In this document: in pieces, positions 28,077-37,586 of the stretch
How the letters are laid out: each line of letters opens with the position of its first letter
Position numbering within the stretch: the stretch's first letter is position 1
Assembly: GCA_964606165.1 (NCBI GenBank)
Contig: CAZSFQ010000008.1
Coordinates: forward strand, 719 to 64,718
DNA from: an uncultured Mageeibacillus sp.
Lineage (GTDB): Bacteria > Bacillota > Clostridia > Saccharofermentanales > DTU023
Direction of reading: 5' to 3'
DNA length: 64,000 bases
Translations under genes and position numbers: made by a program
The notes under the pieces: model-generated
What the model saw: only the letters and a program-made list of their open reading frames with translations
Databases searched by the model: none
Told to the model about the DNA's origin: nothing

Positions 28077-30428
28077 TTAGAAATGGCGTCCTTTACGCGG
28101 TTCGCCCTTTTGTCCGCCGGACTCTTCCCCGTCACGCTTCTCGCGGCGTTCGTAGTTGCCTTTGGAGTAAGAGCCGCGTGAGCTGTCACGGCTGCCACGG
28201 TCGCCGCCGCGATCACCACGATCTCCGCTGTTGCGGTAGTTTCTCCCGCCGCTGCCGCGCTGTCCGTCAGAACGTCTGTCGCCGCGTCCGCTGGAACGTG
28301 TCTCTTCTCTTTCAACATAACCTTCTGGCTTTTCGGTCAGGTCGCGCATTGAAAGATTCAGCCTTCCCTGGTCATCAATTTCAGAGACAACGACTTTGAC
28401 ATGGTCGCCGACCGAAAGGACATCTTCAACCTTGTTTACACGGTTCCAGGACATTTTCGAAATATGAACAAGCCCTTCCTTGCCCGGGGCAATCTCAACG
28501 AAAGCGCCAAAGGTCATCAAACGGGTGACCACGCCATCAAAGACAGCGCCCGGCTCGGGATCAAAGACGATGGCGCGAATAATCTCCATGGCCTTATTCC
28601 GGGCTTCCGTATCGGTTGAAGCGATATAGACGTGGCCAAGCGAACCTTCTTCCTCCACATCGATCTGGGCGCCGGTCAGCTCAACGATCTTGCGGATCAC
28701 CTTGCCGCCCGTGCCGATTACGTCACGGATCTTGTCAGACGGAATATCGATTTGGTCAATCTTGGGCGCGTAAGGTGACAGATCCTCTCTTGCCTGGGCG
28801 ATAACGGGGTCCATGGCCTGGTCCAGAATCTGGAGCCTGCCCTTTCGGGTAAGTTCGAAGGCGTCGCGGACCATGTCAATGGTCAGACCGTCAACCTTGA
28901 TGTCAACCTGAACGGCTGTAATTCCATCCCGGGTTCCCGCTACCTTGAAGTCCATGTCGCCGAAAAAGTCTTCGATGCCCTGGATATCCATGAATACCAT
29001 GTAGCGATCCCTGTCTTCAGGGTCGATGATCAGGCCTGAAGAGATACCGGCGACGGGCTTTGTGACCGGGACGCCGGCAGCCATCAGGGCAAGGGAGCTG
29101 GAGCAGACCGAGGCCTGGGAAGTCGACCCGTTTGACATGGTCACTTCCGAGACGCAGCGGATGGTATAGGGGAATTCGTCCAGGCTGGGCAGGACGGGAA
29201 TCAGGGCACGCTCCGCAAGGGCACCGTGACCGATTTCGCGCCGGCCGGGCGAGCGGTTGGGGCGGGCCTCGCCGACACTGTAGGCGGGGAAGTTATACTG
29301 GTGCATATAGCGTTTGCTATCCTGGGTGTCGACCCCGTCCAGGCGCTGCGCGTCATCAACGGTGCCAAGGGTGCAGATGGTCATGACCTGGGTCTGGCCG
29401 CGCGAGAACAAGGCGGAGCCGTGAACGCGCGGGAACAGGTCGATCTCCGCTCTCAGCTCCCTGATATCCTCAAGGCCGCGCCCGTCGACACGCCGCTGTT
29501 CATTCAGCAGGTAGTGGCGTACCACCTGCTTTTCCAGAGCATCGACCACTTCGGGTGTAAAAGCGGCCATCTCCTCATAATCCTCATTGATGAAGAGTTT
29601 GATTTCGTCGGCCAGAGCGTTGACCGCACGATCCCGCACGGATTTATCGGCCGAAAGGACAGCTTCCTTCATGCGGTCAAAATAGCGCTCGCTTACACGA
29701 CCGAGCAGTTCCGCCGGCGCCTTCCTTGATTCATAGCTGAATTTCTCCTTGCCGATTTCATCGCGCATCCGCTTGATCAGCCTGCACACCTCGCCAATTG
29801 CCTGATGACCCTGCTCGATGGCTTCCAGCATCATTTCGTCGGATACTTCATTGGCCCCGGCTTCGATCATGCAGATCTTGTCTTCTGTCCCGGCCAGGAA
29901 AAGATCCAGGTCGGATTGTTTCAGGTTCTCCAGATCGGGATTGACCATGACCTGGCCGTCCACAATGGCTAGCTGGACGCCGGCAACCGGTCCATTCCAG
30001 GGAATGTCGGAGATGGCGATGGCGGCGGATGTTCCGACCAGGGCCGCCACTTGCGGCGAATGATCGTGATCGACCGAAAGGATCAGGTTATTGACGACCA
30101 CATCATTGCGCAGGTCGTCGGGGAAAAGCGGCCTGATGGGCCGGTCAATGGACCGGGCGGTCAGCACCGCATTTTCGGTCGGCCGTCCTTCGCGCTTCAA
30201 AAAGCCGCCCGGGATCCTGCCGACACTGTACATTTTTTCCTCATAGTCAACTGACAGCGGAAAGAAATCGATTCCTTCACGCGGTTCGGCTGATGCGGTA
30301 ACGGTTGTTAAAACCGCTGTATCACCGTAGCGGACAAGGACCGCTCCATTGGCGAACTGAGCCAATTCTCCTGTCTCCAAAAAGAGAGGGGATCCAGTCA
30401 GCTCCATTTCATAAATTCTTTTTTCCAT
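28077..30428 (-). CDS. pnp: polynucleotide phosphorylase with an Arg/Gly-rich C-terminal extension
   Basis: Two RNase PH domains, a KH domain (IGTGGKVIRKI) and an S1 domain (GAVFDGVVTRLMTFGAFVEI). The last roughly 86 aa are an RG/RGD-rich low-complexity tail. Confidence 0.97.
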   Translation of the reverse strand: MEKRIYEMELTGSPLFLETGELAQFANGAVLVRYGDTAVLTTVTASAEPREGIDFFPLSVDYEEKMYSVGRIPGGFLKREGRPTENAVLTARSIDRPIRPLFPDDLRNDVVVNNLILSVDHDHSPQVAALVGTSAAIAISDIPWNGPVAGVQLAIVDGQVMVNPDLENLKQSDLDLFLAGTEDKICMIEAGANEVSDEMMLEAIEQGHQAIGEVCRLIKRMRDEIGKEKFSYESRKAPAELLGRVSERYFDRMKEAVLSADKSVRDRAVNALADEIKLFINEDYEEMAAFTPEVVDALEKQVVRHYLLNEQRRVDGRGLEDIRELRAEIDLFPRVHGSALFSRGQTQVMTICTLGTVDDAQRLDGVDTQDSKRYMHQYNFPAYSVGEARPNRSPGRREIGHGALAERALIPVLPSLDEFPYTIRCVSEVTMSNGSTSQASVCSSSLALMAAGVPVTKPVAGISSGLIIDPEDRDRYMVFMDIQGIEDFFGDMDFKVAGTRDGITAVQVDIKVDGLTIDMVRDAFELTRKGRLQILDQAMDPVIAQAREDLSPYAPKIDQIDIPSDKIRDVIGTGGKVIRKIVELTGAQIDVEEEGSLGHVYIASTDTEARNKAMEIIRAIVFDPEPGAVFDGVVTRLMTFGAFVEIAPGKEGLVHISKMSWNRVNKVEDVLSVGDHVKVVVSEIDDQGRLNLSMRDLTEKPEGYVEREETRSSGRGDRRSDGQRGSGGRNYRNSGDRGDRGGDRGSRDSSRGSYSKGNYERREKRDGEESGGQKGEPRKGRHF

Positions 30429-30608
30429 GATTGTTATTCCTCCATAACAGCTGGCGCGCCTCCGGCCTTCATCTTCTTAAGCTAAAGGCGCCATCTTTCA
30501 ATTTTTCACTTGGAGACAGATTTCAGGCAATAGAGTGTAGAGTCCGCATCCCTTCTTCATGAAGAGCGGCGCAATCTACGTCCCACTGCCTGTATACGGC
30601 CTCCCAAC

Positions 30609-30642
30609 CTACAAGAATGACGGCGGTCACCAGGCCGCCGTC
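30609..30642 (-). terminator. rpsO terminator / pnp-leader hairpin
   Basis: The minus strand reads GACGGCGG-N8-CCGCCGTC followed by ATTCTTGT. It lies 14 nt after the rpsO stop. Confidence 0.6.
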
Positions 30643-30655
30643 AAGCTTGATCTCT

Positions 30656-30919
30656 TTAACGTCTGAGTCCCAGCCGGGCAATTAGAGTGCGGTAGCGCTC
30701 GATCTCCAGCTTGGCAAGATAATCGAGCAGGGCGCGCCTTTGGCCGACCAGTTTTAAAAGTCCTCGCCGGGAATGGAAATCCCCCTTGTGAACTTTCAGA
30801 TGCTCCGTCAGGTGATTGATCCTCCATGTGAGAAGGGCCACCTGAACCTCCGGCGATCCAGTATCGTCCGGATGCGTCGCGTACGCGTCAATAATGGTTT
30901 GTTTTGTTTCTTTGTCCAT
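30656..30919 (-). CDS. rpsO: 30S ribosomal protein S15
   Basis: [42 protein letters not shown]. Confidence 0.97.
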   Translation of the reverse strand: MDKETKQTIIDAYATHPDDTGSPEVQVALLTWRINHLTEHLKVHKGDFHSRRGLLKLVGQRRALLDYLAKLEIERYRTLIARLGLRR

Positions 30920-31016
30920 TTTTCCTCCTATACTCCCGTATCAGCGTCAAGGCCGGACAAGGCCAAAGACCATGACAGGGAATGAACCGTCGCTCATTGT
31001 AACACAAGGCGCCTTC

Positions 31017-31901
31017 TTATACCATACCGGATCCGCCTTCACGCCGCCGTCCTGCAAGCTCCCAAAGCAATATGGCGCCTGCCGAAGCGACATTAAGCGA
31101 TTCGGCACGGCCCGGCATGGGAATGCGCAAAACCCTGTCCGCTTCCTCCAGCGCACCGGCAGAGAGGCCGCTTCCCTCATTGCCCAGCATCAAAGCCAGA
31201 CGCGGCTTGAAACTGGACCAGGCCGCCAGGTCCTCCCCTTCCAGTCCCGCTGCCAGGATCTCAAAACCGGTCTGCTTCAGAAGATTCAGCGCAGGACACA
31301 CCCCGCCGGCTCCTTCAATGATGGGAATATGAAAAAGAGATCCCATGGAGGCAGCCACTGTTTTGGGGTTCCAGACCGAAGCGCAGGAATCAGTCAGAAT
31401 AACGCCGTCCAGGGAAAAGGCGTCCGCTGTCCGGATCAGGGTACCCACATTGCCGGGATCCTGGATGGCTTCCAGAATCAATAGCCGGCATGCATCCGCT
31501 TCACTTCCCAATGATTCCAAAAAGGGCTCCAGTTGCCCCATCCGGTAAGCTACAAGCGCAATCACTCCCTGGGGCGTCTTTTGTACCGAAGCGCGGTAAA
31601 AGAGCGGGGCAGAAAGCCGGACAAACCGCATATCCCCCAGATTCTCACCTTTTTCTTCCAGGCTCACGGTGATTTGCCGGCAGGCTTCAGCTCCCTTTTC
31701 GTCCTCGCAAAAGAAGATGTACTCCGGCTTATGACCGGATTGCAAGACATCAAGGGTATGCCGCAGCCCCTCGACTGTTATCAGTTGATTCTTCCGCGCA
31801 TAGGCGGCTGACTGAAGCGCGACGAGCTTTTTATAAAGCGGATTGTCTTTGGATTTTATCTCTTTCACAAGCCTGTTTTTCAGGTTGCCTTGGCGAGGCA
31901 A
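31017..31901 (-). CDS. TrmH/SpoU-family RNA 2'-O-methyltransferase
   Basis: DPGNVGTLIRTADAF and LMLGNEGSGLS...IPMPGRAESLNVASAGAILLWE (the SpoU knot motifs). Confidence 0.85.
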   Translation of the reverse strand: MPRQGNLKNRLVKEIKSKDNPLYKKLVALQSAAYARKNQLITVEGLRHTLDVLQSGHKPEYIFFCEDEKGAEACRQITVSLEEKGENLGDMRFVRLSAPLFYRASVQKTPQGVIALVAYRMGQLEPFLESLGSEADACRLLILEAIQDPGNVGTLIRTADAFSLDGVILTDSCASVWNPKTVAASMGSLFHIPIIEGAGGVCPALNLLKQTGFEILAAGLEGEDLAAWSSFKPRLALMLGNEGSGLSAGALEEADRVLRIPMPGRAESLNVASAGAILLWELAGRRREGGSGMV

Positions 31902-31950
31902 GGGCGGATTGTTCCGCCCCTCTGCTGTCTTACTGTTTCGGGTCCGCCTC

Positions 31951-32313
31951 TTAAGAAACCTTCAAAGCGCTCTTGGAAATACTCACCAGCTCGCTGAAGC
32001 CGTTCTTATCGTTGACAGCCAAATCGGCCAGCGCTTTCCTGTCGAGCGCAACACCGGCAAGGTTCAAACCGTTGATAAAACGGCTGTAACTCATACCATT
32101 GGCGCGGGCAGCGGCGTTGATGCGGGCGATCCACAAACGGCGGAAATCCCGCTTTTTCCTGCGGCGGTCGTTGTAAGCGTATTGACCTGACTTCATAACC
32201 GCCTGGTTGGCGACACGGTACTGTGTTCCCTTGCGGCCGAAATAGCCCTTGGCCCGCTTTAAAACTCTTTTATGGCGCCGGCGCAAAACCGTGCTTCTTT
32301 TTACTCTGGACAT
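31951..32313 (-). CDS. rplT: 50S ribosomal protein L20
   Basis: [26 protein letters not shown]... Confidence 0.97.
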   Translation of the reverse strand: MSRVKRSTVLRRRHKRVLKRAKGYFGRKGTQYRVANQAVMKSGQYAYNDRRRKKRDFRRLWIARINAAARANGMSYSRFINGLNLAGVALDRKALADLAVNDKNGFSELVSISKSALKVS

Positions 32314-32346
32314 CCTGTATCCCTCCCCTTCTTATCAAATCACCGA

Positions 32347-32544
32347 TCACTTATAAGGCAAGAGCCGGCGCAACCGCTTGGCGTCCTGCGCCGAGACCAG
32401 GGTGGTTTTGCGCAAATTGCGCTTCCTTTTCGGTGTCTTCTTGGTCAAAATATGGCTGGTGAAAGCCTGCGAGCGGAGATACTTCCCCGTGCCGGTCACC
32501 TTATAGCGCTTTTTGGACGAACTGTGTGTTTTCTGCTTAGGCAT
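32347..32544 (-). CDS. rpmI: 50S ribosomal protein L35
   Basis: [24 protein letters not shown]... Confidence 0.97.
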   Translation of the reverse strand: MPKQKTHSSSKKRYKVTGTGKYLRSQAFTSHILTKKTPKRKRNLRKTTLVSAQDAKRLRRLLPYK

Positions 32545-32603
32545 AAATAGCCTCCCTTCAGCCTTTGTTTCTTCTATGGATCATCGGGGGTCAGCCCCCG
32601 ATT

Positions 32604-33125
32604 CTAATCTTTCAAGGGCGACAAAAACATGATCATGTTGCGGCCTTCGGCCTTGGCCTGCCGGTCGATGGAACCGACATCCGACACGGCATCGGCAAAA
32701 TCCTCCATCACCCCATAGCCCTGGTCAGTATGCGTCATTTCCCGGCCGCGGAAACGGATGACCACTTTAACGCGATCCCCTGCTTCAAGAAAACGCCGTG
32801 CGTTGCGAACCTTGACATCCAGATCATGTTCCTCGGTCGTCAGCTTCAGCTGGACTTCCTTGACATTGACTGTTTTCTGGTTCTTTCTCGCCTCGCGCTT
32901 CTTCTTTTCCTGTTCAAAGATGAACTTCCCGTAATCCATGATTTTGCATACCGGATTGTCCGGGGAGGGTGAAATAAGCACAAGATCGAGATTGGCGTCG
33001 TAGGCCCTTCGCTGGGCTTCTTCGATGGGAACAACACCTACCATTTTTCCCTCTTCATCCACGAGCCTGACCTGAGGAAAACGGATTTCCCCGTTGATCG
33101 CGTGGGCTCTGTTTGATTGTCTGAT
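32604..33125 (-). CDS. infC: translation initiation factor IF-3, probable non-ATG (ATC) start
   Basis: INGEIRFPQVRLVDEEG...KIMDYGKFIFEQEKKKREARKNQ. In-frame ATC at 33125-33123 lies 6 nt after AAAGGAGG. The track's ATG at 33176 lies upstream of a terminator hairpin and the RBS, so I reject it. Confidence 0.9.
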   Translation of the reverse strand: MRQSNRAHAINGEIRFPQVRLVDEEGKMVGVVPIEEAQRRAYDANLDLVLISPSPDNPVCKIMDYGKFIFEQEKKKREARKNQKTVNVKEVQLKLTTEEHDLDVKVRNARRFLEAGDRVKVVIRFRGREMTHTDQGYGVMEDFADAVSDVGSIDRQAKAEGRNMIMFLSPLKD

Positions 33126-33288
33126 ATCGAGCCTCCTTTTAGGGCAACAAAAAAGCGGATCTGTTCCGCTCGACAAAAACCGCCTGCCCCGGCCGGTATC
33201 TGTAAACCTTTTCGCTTGCGCTTGAGGTGAGAAGCGGAACTTCTACTTGTACGCCAGTGAGTATAGCCCTTCCGTCTCCCGCCGTCAA
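33126..33288 (-). promoter_or_regulatory. infC-rpmI-rplT promoter plus L20-leader-type attenuator
   Basis: TTGACG-N17-TATACT (33288-33260) is followed by a roughly 125-nt leader. The terminator AGCGGA-ACAGA-TCCGCT + TTTTTTG sits at 33147-33170. An upstream TTCCGCT (33233-33239) can pair alternatively with the 5' arm of the terminator. Confidence 0.65.
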
Positions 33289-36125
33289 GTGCCGGCCGTC
33301 CTCCTGGCTCTCCTGGCAGAGACCATTTTGGACAATTCCCCTGAGAAAAAGGGAATCATGACAAGAACCAGGATGATGGCCCAGTCGCGCAGGGCCAGAG
33401 GGATGGTCCGAAAATAGATTTCAAACAAGGGCAGGTAGAGAACTGCCAGGGTCAGGGCAAGGGACAACAAGACCGCCTTGTTCAGGCTTTTATTGGTGAA
33501 CAGCCCCAGGCGGAAGACGGAGGAGTGTTCGGATCTTCCCGAGTAGACCCGCAGCAGCTCGGACAGGATCAAGGCGGTAAAGGCGTAAGTATGGGCACCC
33601 CATGAAGGCATGGCTCCGGGCAGGGGCATCAGGGAAAAAGCCGCCGGAGAGCCGGCCTGGATGTCCGGATAAAAATACCGGCCGATATTGAATGCCGCAA
33701 AGACGGTAATGAAAATCGCAAGGGATTGAAAAACAATTGAACTCATCATGGGGCGGTTCAGAATTCTTTCATTTTTCTTGCGCGGCGGGTCAAGCATGAT
33801 GCCGTCTTCTGATACTTCCCTGCCAAGCGCGAGGGCAGGGAAGCTGTCCGTCACCAGGTTAAGCCAGAGAAGCTGTACTGGGATCAGGGGCGCGTAGGCA
33901 GGACCAAACAGCATGGTGGTAATAAAGATGACCAGAATTTCGCCTACATTGCAGGAGAGGAGGAAACTGACGACTTTGCGGATATTGGCATAGATGACCC
34001 GGCCCTGTTCCACGGCCTTGACAATGGTGCCGAAATTATCGTCAGTCAGAATCATATCGGCAGCCCCCTTGGCCACCTCTGTTCCTGTAATCCCCATAGC
34101 AACACCGATATCAGCCCGTTTCAGGGCGGGCGCGTCATTGACGCCGTCACCGGTCATGGAGACAATCCGGCCGGCCCGTTTGAGGGCTTCGATAATCCTG
34201 ACCTTGTGCTCAGGTGATACCCGCGCGTAGACCGATGTAGTCCCGCTTCGGTCATAAAGTTCCTGGTCGGTCATTTCCTGAAGCTGCCTGCCGGTCAGGA
34301 CTCCATCTCCCTGGTCCCGCAATTTAAGCTGATCAGCGATGGCCGCGGCTGTTTCCTCATGGTCACCCGTGATCATGACAACATCGATTCCCGCCTGATG
34401 GCAGACTTCGATGGCCGCCTTGACTTCCGGTCTGGGCGGATCCATCATGCCCATCAAGCCGGTGAAGACCATGCCCTGTTCCGCGTCATCGAAGCGGTCG
34501 CTTTCATGTGTTTTGAAGGCAAAGCCGAGGACGCGAAGTGCCTGGCGGGCGTAAGAGGAGTTATGCTCCAGAATCATCTGCCGCCTTTCGTCTGTCATAG
34601 GGATGACCCCCACAGTTGTCATCTCCCGGTCGCATCGCAGCAGGATGTGGTCCGGCGCGCCCTTGGTCATGGAGTAGAACTGCCCGTCATCGAGCAGACA
34701 GCCGACTGACATCATTTTACGTTCCGAATCGAAAGGCATTTCCCAGATGACGGGATAAGAGCGGCGCAGCTCTCCCGCATAGATGCCCCCTTTGGCCGCG
34801 GCTGTCAGCATGGCGCCTTCGGTCGGGTCCCCAATCATGGTAACCTGGCCGCTTTCTGAGGATTCGACCAGAACCGCGTCATTGCAAAGCGCGCCGATGG
34901 CCAGCATCCGGTCAAGAACCGGTGAAGAAACTTCTTCGGGCCCGCTTCCATCCTCCGGAAAGATGGCCCCTTTGGTTGAGTAACCGGTTCCTGTCACAAG
35001 GAAATTCAGCTTGTCGGCATAAAGGCGGGTAACTGTCATTTCATTTTGTGTGAGGGTCCCCGTCTTGTCAGAACAGATGGTGTTGACGCTCCCCAGGGTT
35101 TCCACTGCCAGAAGGCGCTTGACGATGGCGTTTTCCCTGGCCATCTGTTTCATCCCGATCGCCAGCAATATGGTTACAACGGCTGGCAGCCCCTCGGGGA
35201 TGGCGGCAACAGCCAAACTGATTGCTGCCATGAAGAGGGCCAGCGGCTCACCTCCCTGGAGCAGGCCGACACCGAAAATAATGGCGCAGACCAAAAGGCA
35301 GAAGATCCCCAGCACCTTGCCCAGTTTATTCAAGTTGACCTGGAGCGGTGTCATTTCGCTTTCAATGTGCTTCAGGCGATCGGCGATCCTGCCAATTTCT
35401 GTTTGGGCGCCCGTCGAAACGACCCAGCCTTCTCCCCTGCCGTAGGTGATTTCCATGCCGCTGAAAACCATGTTTGTCCTGTCACCGATACCGGGAATCT
35501 CGTCGAAAAGAACCGACGCGTCCTTGGCCACCGGGACGGACTCGCCCGTCAAGGCTGATTCATTGGCTTTCAAGTTGACGCTGGCCAGCAGCCTGATATC
35601 CGCCGGCACCACGTCGCCGGCCTCAAGCTCAACCAGGTCTCCGGGGACCAGCTCCGCTGCCGGCAGCTCGCGGGTTTGTCCCCCGCGGATGACCCGCGCG
35701 TAAGGCGCGGACATTTTCTTCAAGGCGTCCAGGGCCTTTTCCGCCTGATTCTCCTGGACGGCTCCCAGCACAGCATTGATCAGGACAACCGCGAAGATAA
35801 TTGCCGCGTCAATGGTCTCACCGAGAGCAGCGGAAATCGCGGCCGCCGCGATCAGGATGATAATCAGGAAATCCTTGAACTGGTTGAGAAGCTGCACGGC
35901 CAAAGGAGTCCTCTTCTCCCCTTCCAGTTCATTCTTTCCGACCTCTTCAAGCCTGGCTTTCGCTTCAAGGTCGTCCAGACCCTGTTCCGGGTCGGTTCGA
36001 AGCAATGCCCCGACCTGGTCGATGGCGGTGATGGAAGCTGCTTCGCCGGAAATGAAGCCGGCTTTCTTTTCATCTTCCTGATTCGGAGTCATAGGGCTTG
36101 TGGGAATCCCGGATTTTGTCGTCAC
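33285..36125 (-). CDS. P-type Ca2+/cation-transporting ATPase (P2A/YloB-like)
   Basis: CSDKTGTLTQNEM, MITGDHEETA and MTGDGVNDAPALKRADIGVAMG, with about 10 TM segments. GTG start at 36125 is preceded by GAGGAAAG. Confidence 0.93.
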   Translation of the reverse strand: MTTKSGIPTSPMTPNQEDEKKAGFISGEAASITAIDQVGALLRTDPEQGLDDLEAKARLEEVGKNELEGEKRTPLAVQLLNQFKDFLIIILIAAAAISAALGETIDAAIIFAVVLINAVLGAVQENQAEKALDALKKMSAPYARVIRGGQTRELPAAELVPGDLVELEAGDVVPADIRLLASVNLKANESALTGESVPVAKDASVLFDEIPGIGDRTNMVFSGMEITYGRGEGWVVSTGAQTEIGRIADRLKHIESEMTPLQVNLNKLGKVLGIFCLLVCAIIFGVGLLQGGEPLALFMAAISLAVAAIPEGLPAVVTILLAIGMKQMARENAIVKRLLAVETLGSVNTICSDKTGTLTQNEMTVTRLYADKLNFLVTGTGYSTKGAIFPEDGSGPEEVSSPVLDRMLAIGALCNDAVLVESSESGQVTMIGDPTEGAMLTAAAKGGIYAGELRRSYPVIWEMPFDSERKMMSVGCLLDDGQFYSMTKGAPDHILLRCDREMTTVGVIPMTDERRQMILEHNSSYARQALRVLGFAFKTHESDRFDDAEQGMVFTGLMGMMDPPRPEVKAAIEVCHQAGIDVVMITGDHEETAAAIADQLKLRDQGDGVLTGRQLQEMTDQELYDRSGTTSVYARVSPEHKVRIIEALKRAGRIVSMTGDGVNDAPALKRADIGVAMGITGTEVAKGAADMILTDDNFGTIVKAVEQGRVIYANIRKVVSFLLSCNVGEILVIFITTMLFGPAYAPLIPVQLLWLNLVTDSFPALALGREVSEDGIMLDPPRKKNERILNRPMMSSIVFQSLAIFITVFAAFNIGRYFYPDIQAGSPAAFSLMPLPGAMPSWGAHTYAFTALILSELLRVYSGRSEHSSVFRLGLFTNKSLNKAVLLSLALTLAVLYLPLFEIYFRTIPLALRDWAIILVLVMIPFFSGELSKMVSARRARRTAGT

Positions 36126-37524
36126 TGTTTTTGCTTTCCTCTGCAGTCGGCAGAACTTCCAGTTTAATCCTGGCGATCCGCCTGTCTTCCATCTCCAGGA
36201 CTGTGAATTTCAGATGGTTGAAGATGACTTCCGGCTTTTCATCCTGCAGGGGGATGTGTCCCAGCAAAGAGAGAACAAAGCCGGCGATGGTATCGAAATC
36301 ATCGTCTTCTTTCAAGGCGTCAAGCTCAGGCACATAGCGGCCTGCCTCAGCCGGTGTCAGAAGGCCGCTGAAGAGGTAGGACCCGTCTGGATTGACGGTT
36401 ACGCTCTCTTCGGGCGCGTCGTATTCATCTTCAATCTCACCGACGATTTCTTCAAGCAGATCCTCCAGGGTGACGATACCTTCCGTACCGCCATATTCAT
36501 CGACAACGACTGCCATGGTAATCTGGCGCCGTTTCATCTCCCTGAAAAGGACATCAATCTTCTTTCCTTCCGGAACGAAATAGGTCGGTCTTAATATATT
36601 CTTGAGGCTGAACCCTTCCTCCTGCTGATCCCTGGCGACCCGCAGCAGATCCTTGACCGTCAAAACCCCCACGATATCGTCAATATCTTCCTCATATACA
36701 GGAAACCGTGAATAGCGCGCGCTTGCCGCGATCTCAACGGCCTCGTCGTAGCTGGAATCCAGCGGGACCCCCGTCACCGAAACGCGGGGCGTCATAATCT
36801 CGGAAACATACTTGTCATCGAAGGCGAAAATGTTATTGATCAGGACGGCTTCCTCCGCCTGGAGATCTCCGCTCCCTGCCCCGGCTTCGACCAGAATCCG
36901 GATTTCCTCCTCCGTCACCTGGCTGGCCGTCTCAGACAGGTCAATGCCGAACAGGCGGATGATGGCGTTGCCGGATAAATCAAGCAGGCGCGTAAAAGGA
37001 TAAAAGATAAAATCGAATCCCCGCAAAATGCCCGCGATTGACAGGGCAAGCGCCTCCGGTTTTCGCAGGGCCAGCCTTTTGGGTACCAGCTCACCCAGGA
37101 CCAGGGTGACATAGGAAAGCAGCATGGTGAGGCCCACCACTGAGACGGTTCGCAATGAAGGCGTCTGAGCGAGCGGGTCAATGGCCGCGTAGATCCTCCC
37201 GGCGATTTTATCAGCCGCAAAGGCGCTTGACAGAAAGCCGGCAAAAGTGATCGCGACTTGAATGGTTGACAGAAAGCGGCTTTTGTTATCGACGAAGCGC
37301 AGCAGGCGGCGGGCCTTTTTATGGCCCGCATTGGCCATCTGCCTGATCCGGTTGTCGTTTTGCGTCAGCACCGCTATCTCGGCAGCCGAAAAAAAGCCAT
37401 TGATCAGAATGAGAATGAAAATCAGGATCAAATCGAACAGAAGTGAACCGCGATTTGCTGCGACTATTGTTTGTTTTTCCAATATTGCCCTCATCAGAGG
37501 GCCGGTACAGCTGCTGCCGTCCAA
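36070..37524 (-). CDS. CNNM/CorC-HlyC family transporter (DUF21 + CBS pair + CorC_HlyC)
   Basis: [11 protein letters not shown] (DUF21), CBS-pair region IMTPRVSV...[28 protein letters not shown], and a CorC C-terminal domain. TTG start at 37524 follows GGAGG. Confidence 0.9.
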   Translation of the reverse strand: MDGSSCTGPLMRAILEKQTIVAANRGSLLFDLILIFILILINGFFSAAEIAVLTQNDNRIRQMANAGHKKARRLLRFVDNKSRFLSTIQVAITFAGFLSSAFAADKIAGRIYAAIDPLAQTPSLRTVSVVGLTMLLSYVTLVLGELVPKRLALRKPEALALSIAGILRGFDFIFYPFTRLLDLSGNAIIRLFGIDLSETASQVTEEEIRILVEAGAGSGDLQAEEAVLINNIFAFDDKYVSEIMTPRVSVTGVPLDSSYDEAVEIAASARYSRFPVYEEDIDDIVGVLTVKDLLRVARDQQEEGFSLKNILRPTYFVPEGKKIDVLFREMKRRQITMAVVVDEYGGTEGIVTLEDLLEEIVGEIEDEYDAPEESVTVNPDGSYLFSGLLTPAEAGRYVPELDALKEDDDFDTIAGFVLSLLGHIPLQDEKPEVIFNHLKFTVLEMEDRRIARIKLEVLPTAEESKNSDDKIRDSHKPYDSESGR

Positions 37525-37586
37525 AAGGCATTACCTCCGCTTGTCCACAGGGACCGACGCCATGCTAGCAAATAACGCGCTTGTTT

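Noticed and set aside
28100-28340. Repetitive GC-rich DNA (cgccgc and gtcacggct-like repeats), considered as a possible tandem repeat or CRISPR-like array.
   Set aside because: It is in frame with pnp and simply encodes the RG-rich tail. It has no regular repeat-spacer periodicity. I saw no CRISPR array anywhere in the window.
33126-33176. ATG 33176 as the infC start.
   Set aside because: The extension would encode the terminator hairpin and the AAAGGAGG RBS itself. IF3 homology begins only after the ATC at 33125.
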